A stretch of 64,000 bases of DNA, taken from Torpedo marmorata (Eukaryota). Position 1 is the stretch's first letter. Each line of letters opens with the position of its first letter. Below are positions 11,685 through 23,767 of this stretch, one piece after another. The position numbers and the translations under genes are program-made. The notes under the pieces were generated by a model. The model saw nothing but the letters and a program-made list of their open reading frames with translations. It did no database searches and was not told the DNA's origin. Location: positions 8,184,001 through 8,248,000 of the forward strand of contig OZ360231.1 in NCBI GenBank assembly GCA_977017645.1, read 5' to 3'.

Positions 11685-13240
11685 GAATCAGAATCAGAAT
11701 CAATTGTCATGAACAAGTCATGAAATTCAGTGTTTTGCGGCAGCATCATAGTGCAATTAACATTCATATTAACCATCTAACGACATTACTATAAAAAATT
11801 ATAAACAATAGTGCACGAAAAGTAAGGCAGTGTCTTTGGTTCATTGATTATTCAGGAATCTGATGGCAGCGGGGAAGAAGCTGTCCTTGTGCCGTTGAGT
11901 GCTCGTCTTTAGGCTCCTGTACCTTTTTCCCGATGGAAGCAGAGTGAAGAGGGCATGGCCTGGGTGGTGGGGGTCTTTGAGGATAGAGGCTGCTTTTTTA
12001 AGACACCGCCTCATGTAGATGTCCTCGATGGAGTGGAGTTTGGTGCCTGTGATGTCACAGGCCGAGTTAACAACCCTCTGGAGTTTACTTTTGTCCTGGG
12101 AGTTGGCGCCTCCATACCAGGCAGTGATGCAACCAGCCAGAATGCTCTCCACGGTACACCTGTAGAAGTTTACGAGAGTCTTTGGTGACATACCGAATCT
12201 CCGCAGACACCTCACAAAGTAGAGCCGCTGACGAGCCTTCTTTGTGATTGCATCAACGTGGATGCTCCAGGACAGATCCTCGGAGATGTTGACACCCAGG
12301 AATTTGAAGTTCTTGACGCTCTCCACGACTGAGCCTTCGATGAGGACTGGGTCGTGTTTCCCTGACTTCCTCCTGAAGTCCACAATCATTTCCTTGATTT
12401 TTCTGACGTTGAGCTCAAGGTTGTTGCCATTACACCATTCAACGAGCTGATCTATCTCCCTCCTGTACGCTTCCTCATTGCCGTTTGTGATTCTGCCGAC
12501 AATTGTGGTGTCATCGGCAAACTTGTAGATGGCATTGGAATTGTGCCTGGCCACACAGTCATGAGTGTATAACGAGTAGAGCAGTGGACTAAGCACGCAT
12601 CCTTGGGGTGCGCCTGTGTTGATAATCAGTGAGGAGGAGACGTTGTTTCCAATTCGTACTGACTGTGGTCTTCCGATGAGAAAGTCAAGGATCCAGTTGC
12701 AGAGGGGGGTACAGAGGCCTAGAGTTTGTAGCTTCTTGACCAGCACTGAGGGAATAATGGTATTGAAGGCCGAGCTGTAGTCGATGAAGAGCAGCCGTAT
12801 GTATGAATTGCTGTTTTCGAGGTGATCCAGAGCTGAGTGGAGAGCCAGCGATATTGCATCTGCTGTGGAGCGATTGTGGCGATAGGCGAATTGCAGTGGG
12901 TCCAGATCTTTGCTTAGGTATGTGTTAATTCTGGCCATGACCAGCCTCTCAAAGCATTTCATTACAGTAGAAGTTAGTGTTACTGGGTGGTAGTCGTTGA
13001 GGCAGCCCACACTACTCTTCTTGGGTACCGGGATGATTGATGCCCTTTTGAAGCAGGTGGGAACCTCTGACTGCCACAATGAGAGGTTGAAAATGTCCGT
13101 GTACACTCCGGCTAGTTGGTTGGCGCAGATTTTCAATACCCTGCCAGGTACGCTGTCAGGGCCTGACGCCTTGCGAGGGTTCACCCTCTTGAATGATGTT
13201 CTGACGTCGCCCTCAGAGACAGATATCACAGGGTCCTCAG
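11685..13240 (-). mobile_element. Rex1/Babar-type LINE, 5'-truncated, RT ORF still open
   Basis: ORF 11841..13277 with [25 protein letters not shown] and KFADD. (ATTCTG)n 3' tail, seen as gaatcagaatcagaat on +. Confidence 0.93.
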
Positions 13241-13679
13241 TTTTATTAGTAAGACCAAACAGCAACACAAGCAACAAACCACTTTTTAAAATAAAACTAC
13301 TAGCCCTAATGGATAATCTCTACTCATAGTCGTTGCTGATGTATCCAAAATGTCACAATTAAAGAAAATATAATTAAACCAGGTGTGATGTGCTGTTTGA
13401 AGAGCTAACTTTGCATATCTGCAGATATTATGAACCTGATTTAAGTAAATGGCAGTGCTTATTTAAGTGTAAAATATACCTTGCACATTTAATCTATATA
13501 TATGTGCCTATCTAACAGATCCACAAGGTGAAGGAAAATATTTTGCGTAGCTTCCCCGCAATAGATGGCTGCTGTGGACCATGTAGGTGCTGGCAACATT
13601 AATTGTTCAAAAGTACTGACAGCCTCGTAAGATCCAGGCTTTAGTCCTTTAATGAATTATATATTTTTTCTTGAAATAC

Positions 13680-13827
13680 CTTTATCACTGTTGATCAGTT
13701 GATTATCTCTCAGAGTCTTGCACTTTGGTGAAGATAGCAGATGTGTTTTGGGGAGTCGTTTGTGTCGCTCTGATGATGATTCACTTTCATCCTCCTCTGA
13801 ACTACTAGGCATTACCAAAATCTGGCC
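13680..13827 (-). CDS. SETDB2: SETDB2 coding exon I (148 nt, phase 0-1): GQILVMPSSSEEDESESSSERHKRLPKTHLLSSPKCKTLRDNQLINSDK
   Basis: Acceptor tttttgtccttcag, donor gtattt, open frame. Phases link exons H and J. Confidence 0.83.
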
Positions 13828-14116
13828 CTGAAGGACAAAAATACAAGCCGATTTTTCTAGCCAGAGATTTCAATGAAACTTGTTTACTTGCTGATATTCA
13901 CAAATAGAAAAAGTAAACAGAATCCTGAACTCTCAGAAAGAATAAAAAATCTTAGTGGATTAAAGCAGTTTTGCAAAGAAAGAGCCCTAATTTAAGTCGA
14001 CATAGTTCTGCCAGATATACAGACGTGATATTTTGAGGGATGAGGCATTGCAAGAGTAAAACAAAATCATACACTTCTCTATAAAATTATTGTTCTACAA
14101 AACCACATTGCCTTGG

Positions 14117-14868
14117 AACATACACAGTAAATGGTAGGGCACTGAGGAGTGCGGAGGAACAGAGAGATCTGGGAATACAGATACATAATTCCCTGAAAGT
14201 GGCGTCACAGGTAGACAGGGTTGTAAAGAAAGCTTTTGGCATCTTGGCCTCCATAAATCAAAGTATTGAGTACAGGAGTTGGGATGTTATGGTGAGGTTG
14301 TATAAGACATTGGTGAGGCCAAATTTGGAGTATTGTGTGCAGTTCTGGTCGCCAAACTACAGGAAGGATATCAGTAAGATTGAAAGAGTGCAGAGAAGAT
14401 TTACTAGGATGTTGCCGGGTCTTCAGGAGTTGAGTTACAGGGAAAGATTAAACAGGTTAGGACTTTATTCCTTGGAGCGTAGAAGAATGAGGGGAGATTT
14501 GATAGAGGTTTACAAAATTATGAGAGGTAGAGACAGAGTAAATGCGAGTCGGCTCTTTCCACTTAGATTAGGAGAGATAAATACAAGAGGACATGGCTTT
14601 AGGGTGAAAGGGGAAAGGTTTAGGGGGAACATTAGGGGGAACTTCTTCACTCAGAGAGTGGTGGGGGTGTGGAACGAGCTGCCATCTGACGTGGTAAATG
14701 CGGGCTCACTCTTAAGTTTTAAGAATAAATTGGATAGATACATGGATGGGAGAGGTGTGGAGGGTTATGGAATGGGTGCAGGTCAGTGGGACTAGCGGAA
14801 TGATGTTTCGGCACAGGCTAGAAGGGCCGAATGGCTTGTTTTCTATGCTGTAGTGTTTTATGGTTCTA
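14117..14868 (+). mobile_element. CR1-type LINE 3' end
   Basis: ORF 14199..14795 (LYKTLVRPNLEYCVQFWSP, RGDLIEVYKI, FFTQRVV..WNELP). Tail gggccgaatggc...ttttatggttctat. Confidence 0.93.
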
Positions 14869-15097
14869 TCTGCAAACTTCTGAAGGATTATATGTCATAA
14901 GTGAATTTTGTTACTGCATAAACATTCTTTTTAGAGAAGTGAGGAAGAGATCAGAGTGACACATAGTTTTCGTCTCTTTGCAACTCTGTGGGAATGAGGA
15001 AAATGTTGCAACTTCATATATTCATATACTGTATAATTACTTTCCAGCATTCCTAAGTTTTGCTTTACATTATAACATAATTTTAATTGTTTTAGGC

Positions 15098-15813
15098 AAA
15101 CAAGAAAGAATGCAGATGCTGGAAAACTGGAGAAACACACAAAAAGCTGAGGAACTCAGCGGGTCAGGCAGCATCTATGGAAGGCAATAGATAGTCAATG
15201 TTTCATGCCATAATCCTTCATCAGGAATAACAACTAAAAGGCAGAAGTCTGAATAAAAGGGTGTGAAAGAAACAGGGAGGATCACGTGCTGGCAGTTGAT
15301 AGGTGAATACAAGTGGGAGGGGAAGAAATGGGGGAAAAATAAACTATGTGATGGGAGGAAGAGGCAGAGGGTAAAGGAAGATGGATGCTGCAGCAGAGCG
15401 AAGGGGCTCAAACCGCTCCCCCCCCACCGCTCTTCCAGATCCATCTGACACCATTCCTCCTTCTTTTCCCTCCCCTCTCTACTACCTAATCACTCAAACT
15501 TTCCTTCCTCTAGCTCCCCACTCTTTCTCTTCATTCCATGACCTAGTGAGCCCCTATCAGAGTGCATCTACCTTTACCCTCTGCCTTTCTCCCATTACTT
15601 CCAAACTTTTTTGCCATTTCTTCTCCCTCTCACCTGTATTCATCGATCACCTGCCAGCCCATGCTCCTCCTCCCCCTCCCCTCCCTTTTATTTGGGTTTC
15701 TGACCTATTCTTGCTATACCTGATGAAAGGTTATGGCCTGAAATGTTGACCATGTATTGCCTTCCATGGATGCTGTTTGACGTGCGGAGTTTCTCCAGCA
15801 TTTTGTGTGTTGC
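15098..15813. mobile_element. Two Penelope-like 3' repeats in inverted arrangement
   Basis: Left arm (minus) and right arm (plus) both carry CTGATGA...GAAA followed by ttccat(a/g)gatgctg...cagc. Purine-rich and pyrimidine-rich mirror halves. Confidence 0.75.
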
Positions 15814-16694
15814 TTTCATTGCTTTATTCTCGTGTTTCTTTATTATTTATTAGAAGTGGGGAAAAGTTAGTTAAAATGTTAGGTTTTACTGACAGTTAAA
15901 TCTTATGGTTTTGAAGCTCCTAGTTTGTGTTATTAACTATGGAAACTGTAATCAAATTTGTGCTGATCTTTGCCTGTGATTGAGATAGATATATGCATTT
16001 GGGCTTTTGGGTTCTAATAAGTAAAGAAGGTTCAGTAGCACCAACATACAGATGTAGGTAAGAGTCAGAGACATACAGCATACAGTTTTTTCTCTCTTAC
16101 TTCCAATAGGGGATTTACACAACTGCTTTCATTCAAGAGATCTGTTCCATTTACCTTGTTTCTTACAAATCTGATGTTATTAATGCAATTATATTAGAGG
16201 GCCAAAAATGGACCAAAATACGTTAAAACAGGAATAATATTTGACATAACAGTTGACCCTGCTGCCTTTCTCTCCTTTCAGAACATAAGGTGCTATACCT
16301 TAATACTCTTTCTTTCCTCTAATGTCCAACATTTTAATGCACTCTATGCTGCTGAACCATGGTTCAGCACAGTGAAATGTGTTCAAGCATAAATTTAACA
16401 TCTAAAATTTGAAGACATGCCAGAATGATCAAATCTTCATTGGGAGAAAATATTTGCTTGCTTTTTGCATTTCATTTTGAATTAAAACTGTGTGCTTATT
16501 AAGGCTGTTATAAAATAAGCACACATCATTCAAAAAAAAAAGATCAGCAGAATGTCCTCCCAGTGGACCAGCTGGTTGAGTAACATGTGCTACTCAACTA
16601 ATACTGTACCACCAAAACAATTAATTGGAAATTATCAATTGAGTGAGTTTTATGTTATTTACTCAACAAAGCCTATTGAACGTTTTATTTTCAC

Positions 16695-16812
16695 CTGCTC
16701 CCGAAGCTTTCTTCGTCGAGTCTGAAGCACAGCAGTCTTAGTTTTAGGTCGTTCAATTGATGTCGATTCAGAGTGATGCAAATCGAACTTTTTAACTCTG
16801 GGTTTTCTCCTT
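16695..16812 (-). CDS. SETDB2: SETDB2 coding exon H (118 nt, phase 2-0): RRKPRVKKFDLHHSESTSIERPKTKTAVLQTRRRKLREQ
   Basis: P.(S/T)KTA..Q motif of the SETDB2 insertion. Acceptor ctcttataacag, donor gtgaaa. Phases fit. Confidence 0.87.
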
Positions 16813-17359
16813 CTGTTATAAGAGATTGTAAGGAGCAGTTACATCAACAAAAGGAATTCAAGTCAAATGAGCTTTAGTGGAGTTTTAACATTAGTGAGTA
16901 ACCATAGTGTTACGTACTTGTATAAAAAACAATTACCGGTAAGTGGAAAAAATGTTGCATGAAAAAGTATGGCCACTGACACTCCAGAAATGGCCTCCGC
17001 AAGTGTACTACAAGAGAACAAGTTCAAACAGTCCCATTTCCTCTCCCACGCCCTTAATTGTTCTTTTATTCCTTCTAAAACACATATTCCTTTTTCTCAC
17101 AGACACACTTACATAGAACCTCATTCACTATCTTCCATCTCTTTTCTTTCCAACTTCCATCTGCCGTTGCCTTCACTAGCTCTCTCATTCTGCAATGCTG
17201 AAAATTGTTCTAGGTGACTTTTGGCTCATGTACCAAATGGCACCTTTCCCAGAAGAAGTAATTTACTGCAGTAAAAGCATTATTATTCAATATCCTTGGG
17301 GAATGCAGGGTGCTAACTTGTCAAATATGCCATCTCATCATGAGTTAAGTATGTTGTTA

Positions 17360-20300
17360 AACAAGAATGTCTGCAGATGCTGGGGTCATATGCAATGCAC
17401 AAAAATAACAAACGTGCGAGGTCATGTGATGCAGAGGAGCTGAGCAGAAGTGGATTCCTGGGCTCTCTCTACATCATTGATTTAAAACAAGATAAATATT
17501 GATTTTTTGAATTTAAAAGAGGAGAAGCGTTAGGAGAATGGGGAAAAAGGGTAGATCTCAACCCCTGGCAGTAGGAGGGTCTCCGAATTCAACGGATTCA
17601 ACAGGCGAGGCCCCACACGGGAGCAGGGACATGGAGCCCTCATTAATGGTACTGGAGAAGAGGAAGATGAAGGGGGAGTTGATGAGTATTTCCACGGACA
17701 CGGCGAAGGTCATTGGGGACCTGACTAGAAGGTTTGATAGAATAGAAACCTGGATAAAGGAGGTGCTGGACGTCGTAAAGGATTTCAAGGATTCGATGGG
17801 GGTTTTAACCTCCCGTGTGGAAAAGATGGAGGAAACAGCAGAGAATATACAAGAAAGGCTGGGGAGCCTGGAAAAAGATAAGAATAACTGGAGAAAATAA
17901 AAACAGGAGATCATGGATAAAATGGATCACATGGAGAACTTTAATAGAAAACATAACGTTAGAATTATTGGATTAAAAGAAGGGGCAGAGGGAAGAGACA
18001 CCGTGGAAATTTTTTAGAAATGGATACCAGAGGTTCTGGGGAAAGATCGTTTTAAAAACCCTCTGAAGGTGGAAAGAGCCCACCGGACCTTCGGCCCCCG
18101 GACCACGACTGGTTCTGGTGCGACTGTTGAGCTGCCGGGATCGGGAGGAGATCCTCCGTGCGGCGGCAGCACGCGCCAGGGAAACGGGCGGGCCCCTGGA
18201 GATCGGAATGGACAAAAATGTCTTATTCCAGGACCTAAGCGCGGCCCTAGTGCGGCGTCGGAAGGAATTCGACGCCGTAAAGAAACAGCTGCGGGTAAGG
18301 AACATATCTTACTCGATGCTCTACCCCGCGACGTTGAGGCTGGAGCCGTCGGAGGGCGGAAGAAGATTCTTTGCGACGTCCAGAGAGGCGGAGGACTTCG
18401 TCCGAGGTCTGCGGGAGAGGTCGTAGGAGTGGAACGGGAGACGAGAAAGGAGACAGCACAAGGACTGAAAGAATCGCGGAGGATATAAATAGACGTTGGG
18501 TAAAAGAAATGGGGTGTACCATGTGGTGTAAAAGGAGGGGGGGTTTGGATTATCGCACATTGAACCACAGGGGTGTATTTTATTATAAGAAAATGTAAAA
18601 ATATAAGGAGAGCCCAGGAAGGGCTGGGAAGTTATGGTAGGATGGGCACATAATGTACTTCAAATTAAGGGGGCTGATAGCGTCAGGAGAGGGGTTGTTT
18701 TGAAAAATGGCGCTGGAGAAAAGGGGAGGGAATTTCTTTTTGCCTTGCAATTTTTTTTCGCGGGCTTTTGGGGTTTCCTGATGACGTCACTGTCAGTGTA
18801 GGGGAAATACATGTGTTACCTTATAAGGGAGAATGCACACTGGGAAAGAAAAATGTGAAGAAAAAACATCTGGCGGAAGTAAATGAATTAGAACGAGAAA
18901 TTCTAGAATTGGAAAAAGAATATCAACAATCTGGCTCAAAGGGAAAATATCAAATTCTGGTAAATAAGAAGCTTAAGTACAACACTCTACAAACATATCA
19001 ATTGGAGAAAACCATTTTGAGATCTAGGCAAAAATATTATGAATTAGGCGAGAGGGCCCATACTTGTCTTGGCAATTGAAGGCAGAAGAGACATCGAGGA
19101 CAATTAATGTGATTCAGTTAGGATCAGACAAGATAACACACAACCGAAAAGAGATAAACGATACATTCAAGCAATTCTATACTGAGCTGTATAAATCAGT
19201 CACCTAAAGATTCAAATAAAATAGATGAATTTTTGTCCAAGATTGATTTGCCTAGATTGGATCAAGACGATCAGACGAAATTAGATTCCCCTTTTTCTAG
19301 AGAAGAGATTTAAAAAGCCTTGAGTACATTACAAGCTAATAAATCACCGGGGGAGGACGGTTTCCTGCCTGAGTTTTACAGAGAATTTAAAGAACTTTTG
19401 ATGCCTCTTATTATGGATATGATTAATCAGGCAGCGGAGACACGGACCCTCCCGGAGTCCTTTTCAACAGCTATTATTACGGTTATACCAAAAAAAGATA
19501 GAGATCCATTAAAACCGTCTTCATATAGACCTATTTCAATGCTAAATGCGGATTATAAGATAATAGCTAAGGCATTAGCTAATAGATTGTGATTATCTAC
19601 CAAAATTGATAAATTCGGATCAAGTCGGCTTCGTGAAGAGGAGACACTCTGCCAACAACCTGGGTAGATTATTTAGTATTATACATTTGGCACAATCCAA
19701 GATAGACCCGAGCATAGCCGTGTCTTTAGACGCGGAAAAGGCTTTTGATAGGCTGGAGTGGCCTTTTTTATTTCAAGTACTTGAAAAGTTTGGACTGGGA
19801 CAATCATTCGTCCAATGGGTAAAAACACTTTACCACAACCCTCGGGCTAAAATTATAACGAATGGGCAGATGTCGTCGACATTTTTATTGAATAGATCTA
19901 GTAGGCAGGGTTGTCCACTGTCTCCAGGACTCTTCGTATTAGCGATTGAACCATTGGCGGAGGCTGTCAGGAGGGATCCAGAGATAAAAGGATTCAAGGT
20001 GGACCAGACGGACCACAAGATAAATTTGTTTGCAGATGATGTATTGTTATAACTAACAGACCCAGCTGAGTCTTTAGCCAATTTACAGACTACACTGGAG
20101 GATTAGGGCATGGTTTCAGGATATAAAATAAATTTAGATAAAAGTGAAATCATGCCACTGATGAAATTTGACTATAAAAAGCTTCAACAAGAGAGTTGCT
20201 TTTAATGGCAACCGGAAGGCATTAAGTATTTAGGGATAAGGACGGATAATAATTTGCAGAATTTATATAAACTCAACTATCTTCCGATGCTTGGAAAGAT

Positions 20301-22125
20301 TGAGGACGATTTACTAAGATGGAGAAGCCTACCTATCACATTAGTGGGCAGGGTTAACTGTATCAAAATGATGGTGATGCCGAAACTGCAATTCCTTTTT
20401 CAATCTTTACCTATCCCTTTGCCAAAAACTTTTTTCAAAACACTTAATGGATATGTAAGACAGTTTATTTGGAATGGCAAGGTCTCCAGAGTCTCCATGG
20501 AAAAGCTGACGTGGGATTATAAATTGGGGGGCTTGCAACTACCAGATTTTAAGAAGTATTATTTAGCAGCTCAGTCGAGGTTTCTTTTGTTCTTTTTTGA
20601 AGAGGGTGATACACCTTCATGGGTTTAAATTGGACTGGATACTATAGGGGAGAAAATAGCTAAGGACTTTATTTACAAATGGAACACCAAGTTAATATCC
20701 AAAAGAACGAGCAACCCTATTCTGAAAGACCTGATTAAAATTTGGCAAGAAATCAATGAGTGTGTTGGGGTAAAAATTGGAATATCCCCCAAGACACCTC
20801 TATTTCTAAATGAGCTTATGCCCATGATTTTGGGTAATAAAATATGGAGAGTTTGGTATCAGAAGGGTGTTCAATATATTGAAGATTGCTTATGTCCTTT
20901 GAACAACTCAAAAATAAATATGATTTGTCTAATAAAACCTTTCACTGTTTTCTCCAATTAAGATCCTTCTTGCGAGAAAGATGGGGTCCTGCAATGACCC
21001 CACCTATAAGCAATGAGGTAGAACAGTTACTTCGACTGGGAAATGCATTCAAAATTATATCCAGAATATATTATGTACTCCAAAGTGAAAGCCCTAAGCC
21101 GGGTATACATGGATCGAGGGAGAGGTGGGAGTCGGACTTGGGTACAACAATTCATGAGCGTTGCTGGTTGGATTGGTGTAGGGACAGTATGACGACGGTT
21201 ATTAATGCTAGATATAGATTGGTTCAATATATTTCTTGCACCAACTATATCTCACACCACAAAAGTTGCACAGGTCAAAATCCGAAATATCGGAACTGTG
21301 TTTCAGATGTGGTGGGGAGGTTGGAACTTTCCTCCACTCGGTCCTGTGCAATGGTACGACCCTTTTGGTATGATATATCTAATATACTAACTAAAATTAC
21401 GGGGTGGCCTTTCCACTGGACCCGGAGTTGTATCTCCTGGGAAATTTAATGGACATAAGCTACAAATTATCCAAATTCCAAATTCAATTTGTGCTAGTTG
21501 TTTTGTCCGTAGCAAAAAAGTGTATTGCAGTCACTTGGAAGTCCGACTCCCCCCTTCAAATCACTCGGTGGTCAACAGAAATGCGGAGTTGTATTCCTAT
21601 GGAGAAAATTACATATAACCTCAGGAATAGATATGATACATTTGTAAAGATGTGGCAATCATACCTGGAGTATGTTGGGGTCCAGTTGTAATCTAAACCC
21701 TGAAGTATAATATAATATAGAAATATTTAACGGTGTGGCATCTCCAGAAAGATTGAAAAATTAATGTAAGTACTAACGGTACGTTCAGTTTTTCATTTTC
21801 TTTCTTTTCTTTTGTACATTTTATTTTCTTTTTCAGTTGGGGAGAAGGAGGGAAAGTTCAATGATAATGTTGTATATAGTTGTGAATCGCATATTTCCTG
21901 TTTATATCTTGAACTTTGAAAATTAAAAAATTAAATATTCAAAAAAAACAAACAAACGTGCTGGAGAAACCCAGCAGGTGACGCAGCATCTAGAGGAAGT
22001 AAAGGATAACCAACATTTTGGGGCTGAGCCCTTTGTCAGGTATAAACAAAAACAGGCAGGCGCCAGAATAGAAAGGTGGAGTGAAGGGGAGGAGGAGAGA
22101 AGAGGAGGGAGGAAGGGGAGGATTC
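17360..22125 (-). mobile_element. Penelope-like 3' repeat split by the 17418-21950 LINE
   Basis: tctgcagatgctgg... before the TSD continues as tggagaaacccagcagg...cagcatct after it. Confidence 0.65.
17418..21950 (+). mobile_element. L1/Tx1-clade LINE with both ends, ORF1 and ORF2 remnants; endonuclease region deleted
   Basis: ORF1 pieces 17538..17900 and 18118..18426 (FQDLSAALVRRRKEF, YPATLR). RT motifs SLDAEKAFDR, RQGCPLSP, LFADD. TSD aacaaacgtgc (17407-17417, 21951-21961). Confidence 0.92.
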
Positions 22126-22171
22126 ATGTATTCATTCAGTTTTCATTCAATTAATGATACTAAAGGTTATG

Positions 22172-22285
22172 TAGAACATAACAGCACAGTACTGACCCAT
22201 CGGCCCATTATGTTGTGCTGACCTATACAAACCTACTCAATAAGCTAAACCTTCCCTACCTCATACCCATAACCCTCTATATACA
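22172..22285 (-). mobile_element. CR1-type 3' tail fragment
   Basis: agaacataacagcacagta...ccatcggccca resembles the reverse complement of the tail at 14820-14868. Confidence 0.55.
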
Positions 22286-22725
22286 AGTGTATTAAGGAAA
22301 ATTAAATACAATGTTCTACAATATTTATTAATGAGTTGACAATTAATATTATCCAGCAGGCAAGAGAAAAGATACACGTGATGTACATTGGCAGAGGATG
22401 CCAAGTTGCTTCCTCGGTGCTGTCCCGACGTTGATCAGGACGTTACCTCCGGACTCCCCGGATGTCAACCTAGGTGTTCCAGTGGCACTGCCTCAATATT
22501 GGCCCACATGATCTCTTAATGCGGCCCCATTTTTGCCCCAGGCACCACCTCTGAAGAGCCAGCCTTTCCCTCTCACACTCCCCTCACTGCCCTCTTTTCC
22601 CTCCTCCATTTACCATTTATTCTTTCATCCTCCCTTTCACTGCCATCTGTTTCTTTGCTAACTAGTGACCCTCACTCAAAAGTGCATGTTATTGCAAAGT
22701 TCCCAACAAATCTTACCATTAGAAA

Positions 22726-23548
22726 TGTTATGGACCATGACTGACCATTTGGACTGCGGACGGTCAGCAGGAAGGATGAAGTCTTCTTGGAGTACACACT
22801 GGGACCAGGTACTGAAAGAGTTAACTTGCCCAGGACTGGCTGTGCTCAGAGAGAGAGACAGAGAGAGAGAGAGACAGGCTGTGGAAAGATACTTTGTTGC
22901 ACATTTGCAAAAGCTGGTGCAAACCTCTGCAAAAAAGCATTCAGTTTGGAGTTGCAAAAGGCTGGAGCAACAACATCAGAAACAGGCTGGTGCATTCCAG
23001 TGAGAAAGGCTGGGAGAATAGCACATGGCCTCCTGTATCAGCAAAATCCTGAGATAAAGCAACTTTCGTGGAGAACAGGCGTGAGATCAGCGAGACAAGC
23101 TGTGACATCCAAGTACCGGTATATGCCTCAATCAAAACTGATTTGAATCCTCGTACACCTACCAAAAGGGAAAGTCATCAGGGAAGAAAAGCAGGCCAAG
23201 CATTCGTAAGCTTAAACAGTCATTGTCTCTCTCTCCAACGTTCATTAAGAAGTCCTTCGGGCCAGCGCACAGAGCTGAATTTGGACCCTGAACATAGAGA
23301 GTGATTTTTGTGGACTGTATTTTTGGGACTGACTTATTTTTATGACTGACCTTGGGTTTTGGGGAAGGTTTTCCATTTTTACATGAGGGTTGGGCACAGA
23401 CTGTAAAGGTCTGGGCTTTACACACACTCTTTAGATAAGAATAGTGTTTATAGATGTTTATAGTGGGGTTAATTGTTAAGAAATTATATGTTTAATTGTC
23501 TTTAATAAATATAAATTTCAATTTTACCCCTTTTGCATTGCGTCTTCT
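22726..23548 (+). mobile_element. LTR copy (solo-LTR-like), lacking the last ~26 bp
   Basis: Starts TGTTATGGACC and aligns along its length to the reverse complement of 59018-59889. AATAAA near 23504. Confidence 0.8.
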
Positions 23549-23767
23549 GAATTTATGCCTGAAGTTGCTCAATGTCAAGTTCTGGAACTTGTCGGAATAA
23601 ATGTGCTTCTAGTTGTTTTTATTTAAGCTGAACATGGTCTTTTCAACTTCTTTCATCAGATCTGGCAGCAAGACTGGACCAGATACTTTGCTGAAATAAA
23701 GTCAAAGGGCGCTCATGTCAAGGCCAGAGTCACAGCTGTCCTTTGAAGTGTTCTTCCAGCATGTAAT

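Noticed and set aside
17973-18598. Cluster of overlapping ORFs on both strands
   Set aside because: These are by-products of the GC-rich LINE ORF1 region. Only the 18118..18426 frame has ORF1 motifs.
22665-23427. ORFs within 22665-23427 and 59464-59982 as genes
   Set aside because: They lie in the two LTR copies, and indels between the copies do not preserve frame.
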